Assembly: GCA_965645245.1 (NCBI GenBank)
Contig: OZ287085.1
Span: 1,302,001 to 1,366,000 of the forward strand
Reading direction: 5' to 3'
DNA: 64,000 nt
From: Massalongia carnosa
Taxonomy: Eukaryota
The position numbers and the translations under genes were made by a program. Positions 24,901-36,331 of this stretch are shown here, in pieces. Below the pieces are notes generated by a model. That model saw only the letters and a program-made list of their open reading frames with translations, did not search any database and had not been told where the DNA came from. Position 1 is the first letter of the stretch, and every line of letters starts with the position of its first letter.

Positions 24901-27432
24901 TCCGGCGTCGCTAATGATGCTGACGACAATAGTACTGATAACGAGGATGACACAAATAAACCTGATTCTGATCAAGTGGGAGCGCCTGAGGGTGTTCAAA
25001 ATCAGGTTAGAGACGAAAATTCAGGAGGGGATTCAGGATCAAATCCTGAAAATCAGCAAGTTATCACTGATTCATCCCCTAATGCTTATCAGCGACCAGA
25101 TGGTTCAACATTCCGGTCGCAAAATCATAATCGAAACTCTTCCACTCCTACGAACCCTTCCACTTCCGTATCTTCATCAACCATCAATTCTTCTTCTTCC
25201 ACCATACAAACCTCTACTAATAAGCCTACTCGTCGATCAACGCGGGAGCGAAAGCCATTTGATAAGTACGGCTTCGATAAAGCACACGGGCATATAGCTC
25301 GGAAAGCAGACATGGACGCAAACCTAGACCAGAGTGGTCACAAGCAAGTTTATCAAACCCCCAAGCTATCCGAACCCCGCTCCTATAAAGAAGCCATCAA
25401 ATGCATTGACTGGCGTAAATGTCTAATAGCAATAGACGAGGAGCTTTGTACCCTCATTGCTAATGGCACATGGGAGTATTGTAAGCGGCCGCATGGCAGA
25501 AATATCGTGACGTCCAAATGGGTATTCAAGATAAAATATACGGTCAACAATTTCATAGACCGCTACAAGGCCCGCCTAGTTGCACGAGGATATACACAAA
25601 TATTCGGCCTAGATTACGAGGAGACCTTTTCACCCACACTCCGTCAGGAATCTTTGCGGATGCTTTTGTCGCTCGCAGCATACTTCGGGTTTGAAATCGA
25701 GCAAATGGATGTTCCGAATGCCTATCTTAAAGCGGATCTACAAGAAATTATTTACATGGAGATGCCCGAAGGCCTCACGCCACCACCAGGCTATGAAGAC
25801 TGCGTATTACGACTACGGAAGGGCCTTTACGGATTGAAGCAATCTGGACGAGAGTGGAACAAAAGAATATCTAAATTCCTGCGTTCTATTGGCTATAAGA
25901 CCCTCACAGGCGATAATTGTGTCTTTGTCAACCAAACCTCGCACGTAATCATCGCGTTGTACGTAGATGATTTACTAATTTTCTCAAAGAGCAAGACAGC
26001 GATCAAAGATGTCAAAGAGCTATTAAATCTTGAGTAAAAAATGAAAGACCTAGGGCCAGCACAGTACGTGTTGGGTATTCGCATTCGACGTGAAGGAAAA
26101 CGGGTTTTCCTCGATCAATCCAACTACATCAAGAACTTCCTTCGCGATTACCAGATGGATAACGCCAATCCAGTACTAACACCACTAGACGGGAAAGAAA
26201 GCCTTACACCTGTAACGGCTGATGAGCCCAGAACCAATCAATTAGAATATCAGAAGCGTATTGGCAGTGTCATGTACGCTATGGTAAGCACGAGGCCAGA
26301 CCTCGCTTTTGCAGTTGGAAAACTCAGTCAGTACACGCATGATCCAGCCACGAGGCACCGAACAGCCCTTGACTGAGTCCTCAAATATCTCAAAGGGACA
26401 GCCGACCTAGCCCTCGTATACGACCATAACCGTAACGGTGATCTCATTAGCTTTGCGGATGCCGCATACGGCGATGACGTCAATGACCGCAAGTCAACCT
26501 ACGGGCATACAATGTTATTGGGCAATGGGGCAGTGATTTGGGCAAGCAAGAAGCAACGATCAGTGGTTACGTCAACAATGGAGGCGGAATATTCATCCAT
26601 GTGCCAAGCAGGCAAGGATATCGTATGGGTGACAAGGTGGATGAATGAATTGGGATTTGGCAAGCATATGAACTTCCCGATCAAGCTGAACGGTGATAAT
26701 CAGGGAACCCTCGACTTGATCAGAAACCCCGAGCATCATAGCCGATCAAAACACATAGACATCCAACTCCATTACCTTCGCGAAGTCATTAACGATGGCT
26801 ATACTTCAACTGGTCACGTATCCACACACGAGATGATAGCTGATATATTCACCAAGCCCTTGGGAGCAACCATGTTCAAAGAACTACGAGCCAAGCTTGG
26901 TGTGCAAGAGGTGGAATAAGAAAAGGGGAACACAGGCTCAGTGGGAGCTAATGGACCAAATCAGATTGCACAAAACAGGTCCAACCCAAATTCAAATTGC
27001 ATACGGAAGAGGTGAATTGACATAGATTGATAAACGGTTTAGGAGTTAGGGATATAGGTATTTTTTCTGTTAAAATTTCTCAGCTGACTTTGCAGTGGGA
27101 GTGTTGCGAATGCCAAGCCAGCTAGATCATTCTGACGTAATATGCGAATGCCCTCGCGTATTTTCCTGATATGGGAATAGTTACATCTGAGAATTTCTGG
27201 TATCTTCGATGCTTAGAAATTCAGGTCTATAGACGTTCGAGGAGAATCTCGAATGTTCTATGATTAACATGTATATAACATCACTCCTACGCATAGCTTA
27301 GAGATCAGTCGCAATCATCTGAATTATTTCATTTATAGAAGTTCTGTACTATCCAGAGTCTTCTGGCACTCTGCCACATATTTTCTGTGCATTGGGTCCA
27401 TCATTCTCTATCCATCCCTCCTATTTTAAACA
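21940..27432 (+). mobile_element. Full-length degenerate Ty1/copia element (LTRs 21940-22271 and 27102-27432)
   Basis: TG..CA LTRs ~96% identical (about 11 substitutions and 1 indel by eye); PBS 22272-22283; PPT GCAGTGGGAG; no TSD (AGAAT vs GTTGT). Confidence 0.95.
22346..26919 (+). pseudogene. Copia gag-pol polyprotein, frameshifted with stops
   Basis: CDHCGKLGHIRIYC knuckle, WMLDSGASRH, RCDNAKEY/NGVAER, YKARLVARG, YVDDLL, STMEAEY, ADIFTKPL; broken at ~24190, ~24325, 26035, 26374. Confidence 0.92.
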
Positions 27433-27906
27433 GTTGTCTTGCAGGCCAGTCGCAGACGATTTCGTTATCTTAGTAGTCACAGGCAAAGCTCATTCATTGG
27501 AAGCTGTCAAGGAATGCGCGTCAGAAGTCTCCACGGATACTGCTGAACTTGGGAGGGTGTAGATGCCTGTTTACTGATCGCCAATGGACAAGGTGCTCGC
27601 CCCGTTAGCCCGATAAAAGCCCCTGGTGAAGTGCAAACGGAGCGGGGGTTCATTATTTTTATCCTATTTAGTACCAAGAACTCCGCCACAGCTCCCACGA
27701 AACTGCCTCAAGATAAGCTATTAACGAACAATACGAAAGTCGTCAAGCTTTTGAATCAAGCAATCGATCAAGTGGAAGACCCCAAGATTATGATTTGACT
27801 GAGATAATGAAGATGCTCATCTCGTTATTTAACGAGTCTTTCGATCTCTTTGATAAAGTAAAGGCAGCTGTAAAAGCCATTAGAGCATGCGCTGAAAATA
27901 AATTAT

Positions 27907-28591
27907 CTAGTTCGTCTATGGCGAGAGCTAGTGCGGGACCGATGCTATTCGGCTACCAGCGGATTCGGCTACCAGCGGTTCTCCACGCATGACGGGGACA
28001 ACAGGTGATGCAAAATCCGGACCTCTTCGGTTTTGCACGGTTATCCGCTAGGAGCTGGTTCGGATAACGACGGGGGATCGGATAGGGAAGGATGGATGAC
28101 AGGGGGGAGATGGAGGCTATAGAGGGCCAAAGCAGTCCTACATCTCCTCATCATCTCGGATTCGGAGGTAGCACTGCATAGTAGTTTTTGACCCGCCCAC
28201 CCACTCCAGGTCTCAGCCGCAGAGGTAGAGGGCTTCAAGACCGCGCTGGTAGAGGAGGGCGTGCTGGCCGTGAGCTGCGGGCATGACCACGCAAACGATT
28301 ACTGCGCGCTGGCGAGAAGTGAGGGCGATGATGGAGGAAAACCAGAGCTGTGGATGTGTTACGCGGGCGGATCCGGGTTCGGCGGGTATGGCGGATATGG
28401 AGGGTACAGGCGACGGGTACGGGTATTTGAGTTCGATATGAACGAAGCGCGTATCCACCGCGATCTGCACCAAGGCCCGAAAGGGGGCGCTAGGTAGAGG
28501 CGCCGGCGAGAGTGACGGCGCCAACGAGGTGCAGATCGCTGTGTTTCCGCCAACCTTAGAAATAGAAGCAATACGAGGTCACATGAACTAG
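27907..28591. mobile_element. Short non-autonomous element copy B (685 bp, CTAGTTC...GAACTAG) with an extra 218-bp gene fragment
   Basis: Inverted near-identical match to 3460-3897/5934-5956. Confidence 0.75.
28231..28455 (+). pseudogene. Fragment of a DCR2-like calcineurin-like metallophosphoesterase gene
   Basis: GFKTALVEEGVLAVSCGHDHANDYC...WMCYAGGSGFGGYGGYGGYRRRVRVFEFDMNEARI; GHDH metallophosphoesterase motif; GC-rich. Confidence 0.75.
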
Positions 28592-30463
28592 CCTATCTTT
28601 AAATAAAAACGAGTGAGAATATTAGCTTTCTCCTCCTCTGAACGTCATGTCGACGACCCGCAAAAGAGCCGATATTCAGGAACGACGAATGTTCGATAAA
28701 GTTCGGAAATCAGAATCCTGAGCACGGCGACTCTCAGAATGCTGAGCGAGAGGCTAGCAGCAGTACATGAATCCATGCGAGCAACGACTCGCCTTCTATG
28801 AAGCAGGATACGGAGCAATGCCGAGAGCGGTGTTCGCTGAGCACTCCACCTACTTCCGCGACTGATTTAAAAGCTAGATAAGATCCGCACTCCCATTCGA
28901 CGAATCAATACTGATAGCTCATCTTTGTTTTTCAAAAGTTCCATCCTATATCGAAAGAATGAATCCCTGCCGCCGTATACCACCCCTCCACATTGCGGTT
29001 CCTACCGCTCGTTCATAGCCTGCGAATCAACTTATCAGTCAAACAACGAAGCTTGCTATGATAGCGAGAGTAATTCCTCAATATCCTGGGACAGAAGCGC
29101 TCAGTGGAATGACAAATTTTCGGAAGCAGACGGCAACGAGGAAATGCTTCAAAGGAATAACAACGAAAAGAAGCTAAGCTGCGTCCCACAGAGAAAAGGC
29201 GTCGATCTGACGTTAGGAAGAAGCTTTTTTTGAAACGCCATGTTAAAGATCGTCACTTTTTCTTACCACTTTCCTCAGATTAAACGGGGGCTGAGCCAGA
29301 CATCAGCAGATACGCGTCTGCTAAATCATCTTGCACTTCAAATTGTCTATCGGCTCTTCGTCTATTCTTTCGACCGGCCGTAAGAGAGAGCAAAACCCTG
29401 ATAATGCGCTTGAGAGCGTCAACGGGAGGTCGAAGTGATACCCGCCTGTTCAGACGGCAGGTGTCTACTAGCAGCAGCGTTGGCAATGAGAGATTGTGCG
29501 AGAAAGATATGTAATGCAGTTGCTCGAAAAGGTCCTGAAAGCAATACTTGATTCAATAAAAGAAGTCCTGAGTGAACGATGCCCGTTTCGCGGCTTCAGA
29601 ATTGCTGCAAAACTGATGAGACTCGAAGACACTGAAACGTCGTGATTAAGGCTGACGAAATCCTTGTCATATCTTATCCGTTCAGCAGGTTACACTCGAT
29701 GACACTTTCCAGCTTCATCATCCGTCATTACTCTTGTCGTTCAGAACAGACTTGAGCGCGCTGTCTTGTCGAAAACTAGTGTTTCACATAATATTGCTTT
29801 GCTGAAGATGATGATCAACATCTTACTATTATTGTTACATGAGATGAGGAAAGATGAAAATTGAACTTATGAATATGATTAGAATGACGGGATTCAGTCT
29901 AGATAGCAGAAGCAAATAATATTTGAAGTTATTGCTTAGAAGATGATAACATTTCGCACTCTCCATGTTTTATTTTCCCCATCTTTCTTCCCATCAATAC
30001 GACCCGACCCGTATACTCAAATTAATATTCAATTCTTCGACGTCGCCCGTAAAAACCGTCTTCACGGCATTCAGCAGCTCGACTCTCCCTCCTGCCTTCC
30101 TCCAAGATCAAAATGACTAGCATCACTAGTAAAGCAACTAAAGCAGCGACCTCTAGTCATTTAGACAGGAGGATCCGACAAGAAGATGAATCAGACGGCA
30201 AAGAGCTTAAAGTATAAAAACCTATAATGCATATAGAGAAAAAGGTAAAAAAGAGACTGGCTTAAAGGATGCTCAGAATGTGATGTTGTTATTCGCCTCC
30301 CGGAGAAGGGGGAACGATTGGAAGGTTGACATGTACGATAGATACATGTACTACGGATCGTAATCAATAAATGAAATACTCTGATCGGCCAAAAATCGAG
30401 ACAGTCAAACCGCAGACTTATCGAGAGGGAGCTCTTGAAAAGTGATGCCTTTGGTTAAAGTAA

Positions 30464-33400
30464 CTATTTCGCACCTGCAGCAAGCAGTCTCTCTACCATA
30501 TCTAGATGGCCACCTTCAGCTGCTGCTTGAAGTGCAGTTTTGCCACAGGATGCAGCAGCAGCATCATTAACGTAAGCCTTCTCTTGAAGCAATCTCTCCA
30601 CCACATCCAGATGGCCACCTCCAGCTGCTGCTTGAAGTGCAGTTCTGCCACTGTATTTAGCAGCAGCAGCATTAACGTCAGCCTTTTCTTGAAGCAATCT
30701 CTCTACCACATCTAGATGGCCACCTTCAGCTGCTGCTTGAAGTGCAGTCCTGCCCCAGAATACAGCAGCAGCAGCATTGACGTCAGCCTTCTCTTGAAGC
30801 AATCTCTCTACCACATCTAGATGGCCACCTCCAGCTGCTGCTTGAAGTGCAGTTCTGCCATTGTCTTTAGCAACAGCAGCATTAATGTCAGCCTTCTCTT
30901 GAAGCAATCTCTTCACTACATCTAGATGACCACCTCCAGCTGCTGCTTGAAGTGCAGTTCTGCCATTGTCTTCAGCAGTAGCAGCATTAACGTCAGCCTT
31001 TTCTTGAAGCAATCTATCTACCACATCTAGATGGCCACCTTCAGCTGCTGCTTGAAGTGCAGTTCTGCCATTGCGTTCAGCAGCAGCAGCAGCATTAACA
31101 TCAGCCTTTTCTTGAAGCAATCTATCTACCACATCTAGATGGCCACCTCCAGCTGCTGCTTGAAGTGCAGTTCTGCCATTGCGTTCAGCAGCAGCAGCAG
31201 CATTAACATCAGCCTTTTCTTGAAGCAATCTATCTACCACATCTAGATGGCCACCTCCAGCTGCTGCTTGAAGTGCAGTTCTGCCACTGTATTTAGCAGC
31301 AGCAGCATTAACGTCAGCCTTCTCTTGAAGCAATCTCTCCACTACATCTAGATGACCACCTCCAGCTGCTGCTTGAAGTGCAGTTCTGCCATTGGATGCA
31401 GCACCAGCATCATTAACGTGAGCCTTCTCTTGAAGCAATCTCTCCACTACATCTAGATGACCACCTCCAGCTGCTGCTTGAAGTGCAGTCCTGCCACTGA
31501 ATAAAGCAGCAGCAGCATTAACGTCAGCCTTTTCTTGAAGCAATCTCTCTACCACATCTAGATGGCCACCTTCAGCTGCTACTTGAAGTGCAGTTCTGCC
31601 ACCGCGATCAGCAGCAGCATCATTAACGTAAGCCTTCTCTTGAAGCAATCTCTCCACTACATCTAGATGGCCACCTCCAGCTGCTGCTTGAAGTGTAGTT
31701 CTGCCATCGAATGCAGCAGCAGCAGCATTAACGTCAGCCTTCTCTTGAAGCAATCTCTCTACCACATCTAGATGGCCACCTTCAGCTGCTGCTTGAAGTG
31801 CAGTTCTGCCAGCGCGATTAGCAGCAGCAGCATTAACGTCAGCCTTTTCTTGAAGCAATCTCTCTACCACATCTAGATGGCCACCTTCAGCTGCTGCTTG
31901 AAGTGCAGTTCTGCCACCGGATCCAGCAGTATTAACATCAGTCTTCTCGTGTAGCAGTCTCTCCACTACATTTAAATAGCCACCCCCAGCTGCTGATTGT
32001 AAGCCTGAATCTAGAATAAATTGCGGAATATCTTCTGAGCCCAGAATAATCTCTATCAAATGTGCATGTCCTCTCTCTGCAGCGCCTTTGACGAGATTTA
32101 AAAGATTCTGCTGTGTAAGCCTTACATCAGGGTCTATGATCAGCCAAGCTAACGAACAGTGGTTCTGTTCTACTACCCATTGTATGACTTTAGTAGTGCG
32201 CTTCTTCCAGTCCTCCAATGTCCATGGTATGCTAGACAGAGTGTCACGCCAACTAGCGTCCCTTATCAAATTGCACCACAGTCCCCACAGCTTTCCAGAA
32301 TCAGGACTCATTCCCTGCTTAGTGTGTTCAAGCCAGAATTGGTTTGCGTAAGGTCGAAAGGAGTATTGTCTGAAAAATTTATCCTGGCGGCAAACTTCGG
32401 TATCACCCCCTACTTCCTCCAATAGACGATGGACTGACTTGCTAGACTTATCATCTCGTCTCAGTAACTTAAGAGCAATTTTATTGGAGAAGTTCCCAAG
32501 CGATAGGCTATTCTTTATGATCATTGACGTGATAGCGGTAGTGGTGATGCTTTTGCCGGTTTTAAGCGCCATTTGCCTATTAAACACGGGGAAATTGAGA
32601 TATGTGACACAGATAGCACCTGCATCTTCATCGGCTTTTTTCAGATCCACGTAATATTTGCTCAGCGAATCCTGGACGGCTCTTGAAAGCAAATATTGTT
32701 TGACGCTACCATGCGTAAAGTGTACCGTTTGCTGTTCTTCTTCTATGAAGACGAGATTACCGCAACATGCCACCGCTTTCTCCATGTCGTTGATATATAT
32801 ATTATCATTCCATGCTTCTTGTAGTGGTATGGTCCCTATGGCTTCCCGAAGTTCTTCGACCGTAAGCGGACGTTTCGCTACACTGACCCAGCGAAATATT
32901 TGCCTTCCAATATCAATGTCGTCAGCTTCGGTATATTTGGAGAGGATTCTTTTAAACGTCTCCGGAAGATCGCGTGGAAGATTTCTCAACGCAGCAAGTA
33001 TCAGACTATCCGAATTTTTCTCACGCAACTCTTGGAGTTGAAATTTGACCCATAAGAACCTTTTGAGGTAAGCCCTACGCGGTTATTTAGGACACAAGGA
33101 TATCATACATTCCCTGAGCTTCCTTTTCAAGACGGTCTAGAATCGTTATTATCAGGGTTGGATCACCAATTTGCAGTTCCGGTTTCTCGCCTTCGAGCCA
33201 CTCTTCGAGTGTGACGAGGATGAATTTACGAATATCGTGAGCGACTCTGCTTTGATTCTCAACGGTTTCTAAATCGATATGCTGCTGGGTCAGGAATCTT
33301 CTTGGTAGCCAACTCAGTACGTTTGGACGACTGGACCAAAATAATTTTATACCCAAATGGGGGGAAAGCAAAAGCCTGTGGAAGATCCCAGCAACCTCCT

Positions 33401-34882
33401 TTACTTGCGCTTCTTCGCATTCGTCCAAGCCATCCAGCACTATAAAGTATTGGCGAGTATGGCTCAACATTACTTCAAGAGCGCTAATGATGCTTGTTTC
33501 ATCGATACTTTTCTGATTGAATGCGCGGAACGCTTTTGCAGGCAGATCACTCAGCAATTGCCTGGCAACACTTCCAATGATTGTCTTTGCTTTCAAAGAT
33601 TCCGTTTCATCAAAGCGGCAGAAAAAAAAGACAGTAACATCTTTCGGCGATACTTTCTCTATTAAATGTGCAGCCGCACAAGCGCTTGGACTGCATTAGT
33701 AAAACTTCGTCGTGAAAGCTAATATGGGACTGAACCTTGTGACCGATTTCCCTGATCCTACTGATTTTCACTTAAGCATTGCTGGGCACTAGGAGTCATT
33801 ATACACTTACACCTGCCAGTAAGCCTAAGTGTTTTCAGAGTTCCAGATATCCATGCATGAAATTCTGGGCTCTCACATATCCACATTGATGTACCAGGTA
33901 CGCACTCTTTTCGAATCTGCCTGTACGTCTTCTGATAATCATAAGTCGAAAGACCGTTCAAGGCTTCCACTCTCTTTTTTTCTAATGTCCGGCGGTCGAT
34001 CTCCAAACGCCAATTTCTTTCCTCTTCCTTAATTTTGTGATAATCGTTCCTGAATTTGACTACGATTTCCCGATACTTCCTAGCATCCGAACGTTCTTTA
34101 GCTTGGAGCTCATTTTCCTGCTTTTGAGCTTGCTTCGATGCTAGAGATGCTTCATCTCGAACTTCTTGAGATAATCGTGCAATTTCCCCTTCATACGGTC
34201 CGAACTCCGCCTTAAAGGAGACCATTAGTGCCTTAGACAACTGTATATATACTGAAAACACGTCAATTCTTGGACTGCGTCAAAAGTGGACAAGGGAGTT
34301 GGGAAGAGGAGCAGCAAGCGTATATACCTGGCTTTCGAAGAGATTGCGTTACGTGCTTACAAAGCCGTATAATGGCAGCGTAATAGTCATAGAGCGCTTT
34401 CTGCAGTCCTATTGAAGGATACAAGGATCTAAATCCATGCATTCGAGGGCATTGCCTTCCTAGATTCATGAGGAGGATTGACAACTGATCGAAGTAAGAC
34501 GAAACATTGTTCGCAGCCTGCAAGAGTCAAACCTAATACTTGAGCCGGGGAGAGGTATTACGAGTAAAGCCAGTTTCACCCCACCCCACACTAATGCCGC
34601 GACTTGAGGATTCGAGCTGATAAATACATCAACTACCTGAGAGAATTGCTGAACTGATTCAAGGAATGTAATCAGCCTTGGACCCATACATTGACTACGG
34701 CGGCTGCTGCATTTTCGATCAATGAGAGACGTAAGATTGATAGCAGCTGTAGCATTTGGTAATCCTTGCGAGTGGAGTTGGCTCCTGTCTTCATCCGAAA
34801 GGATCGACTCGTAGTCATGTAATGCTTGTGCAAGTTTGATTTCAGGCTTCAGCGGCGCTGCGGCAGCGAGCACCAACGCCAT
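30464..34882 (-). CDS. Fungal NLR-like STAND protein: N-terminal helical domain, NACHT NTPase, winged helix, ankyrin repeats
   Basis: Multi-exon; Walker A GRLGSGKS assembled across an intron into a 25-nt micro-exon (33760-33736); Walker B YFIVLDGLDEC; GM[intron]FLWVKFQL; AKRPLTVEELREA, FTHGSVKQYL; 14 near-identical ANK units; no disruptive lesion noticed. Confidence 0.9.
30470..32000 (-). repeat. Ankyrin tandem array, 105/108-bp units, 14 copies plus one degenerate
   Basis: GRTALQAAA(E/G)GGHLDVVERLLQEKADVNAAAA-XXX repeated. Confidence 0.97.
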
Positions 34883-36119
34883 CCTGATAGCACACTTGCT
34901 AATCACGGAGATAGTTAGTCATATTCATCCTGGGTTTCGCAAATCTTTATCGATAGTGTTCGATTAAAAGCGGTTGCGCTCGTAGCCTATGTTGTTGTAC
35001 TACGCGATTGATATATCGTCTTATTTCGTCGGTTGGATTCAACGGCGGAAATGGAGATGTAAGCTAGTAGGTTTCGCTGTGAGTCGATCTCAATATCCAA
35101 GGTCGAAGAGAAAGATAATAATCAGACGCAATTAGATACAACGGCAAATTACTGAGATGACCCCCAAATAACCCCCCATCTTGCCCGGTTATTTGGGGTT
35201 AATTACCGTAATATACACGTAATTTTGCTTCTGGCGCTGTCACGATGACCCCTAAGAACTGTTTTTAATTGAAAGAGGTCATTTAGGGTCATTTGGAATA
35301 TTGCGACCGCACGATTAAATGACAAGCACGAGGAAAAGCGACTAGATACCTATACAAAAATATGCGGAAAACATTACAATATAATATCATGATCTAATTT
35401 TCCATCCCCAGACTGTCATGTTTCGGTATGTCATTCCTTCACCAAAAAAATCACTTCCGAAGAAGTGACACATGAAACATAGCTAGCCGGCAGATGCTCT
35501 GTCACTTCATGACAGAAAAAACGATTGCTTATCCTTTCTCTCCGTAAGGATAATCTCTAGACCCATCTATTGACTCGGGTTCGTCCCTCGCCTTTGTCAA
35601 ATGAACAGTTGACGGCATAATGTTGAAATTACTACGGAGGTGACTGCTTATAAGTTAGCAGTCATGGCAGCCTGCAGGGCTGAGCTAGAACTAATGGGGC
35701 TAAGCGAGTATACCAACAGCCTTTGTGTTTTCGAGGAGGTGACTTGTAAGTCAGTCAATGACACTTCTCTAGAGCTTTCTAAAGCTGCCTTCGCTAATTT
35801 GGCATGCTTTGTGTGTAAAGCTTCTTGCGCTCTCACAGTAGGTTTCAATATTCGTCCAGATCTAGATTTACGAGGTGAGATCAGTGTCAGGGTCCTAGCC
35901 TGACATAGAGATAGAAGGTTGACCTTAGAGGTGTTCGAGGTAACCGGTTAGGCTTAGCGCCAGCCGAGATAGAAAGAGGGATCACGGGATCGCGCGAGGC
36001 TAGCGCGACACTCGACGCAGATATTTCTAGCGAGTCGCGCACAATAATTCTTTTCTTTCTTTGTAGATAAATTTTAGTTTAATAGCGGTTGAAAAGAATC
36101 GACGACAGCTACCTTACAC

Positions 36120-36130
36120 AATTTATCTAC
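36120..36130 (+). promoter_or_regulatory. Self-priming primer binding site (Tf1-type)
   Basis: AATTTATCTAC just after 5' LTR is the exact reverse complement of GTAGATAAATT at 36063-36073 within the LTR. Confidence 0.8.
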
Positions 36131-36331
36131 CTACCTATCAGTATTCTTTCTTCCAGAACTTCCAGTAGGGACGAGGTCCCGTTCCAGCAACTTCCTTCCA
36201 GTTAGGGTGAAGACCCGTTCCAGTAACCTTCCAGACTGATCGTTTGTGCGAATCCAAACCGATCCAAATTCCAGAACTTCCAGAATTTTCAGAGCCAGGG
36301 AATCAAGCTTTCCCACTTCCAGTATCCAGTC

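Noticed and set aside
28600..30300. Short ORFs between the CTAG element and the NLR
   Set aside because: No recognisable motifs; probably decayed sequence
30470..32000. Repeat/variable-spacer pattern resembling a CRISPR array or DGR target
   Set aside because: Units are in-frame ankyrin codons with only ~9 variable nt; eukaryotic context; no cas genes or template repeat, and variation is not adenine-specific
35155..35295. 12-bp inverted repeat CCCCAAATAACC/GGTTATTTGGGG upstream of the NLR
   Set aside because: Single short hairpin with no other support
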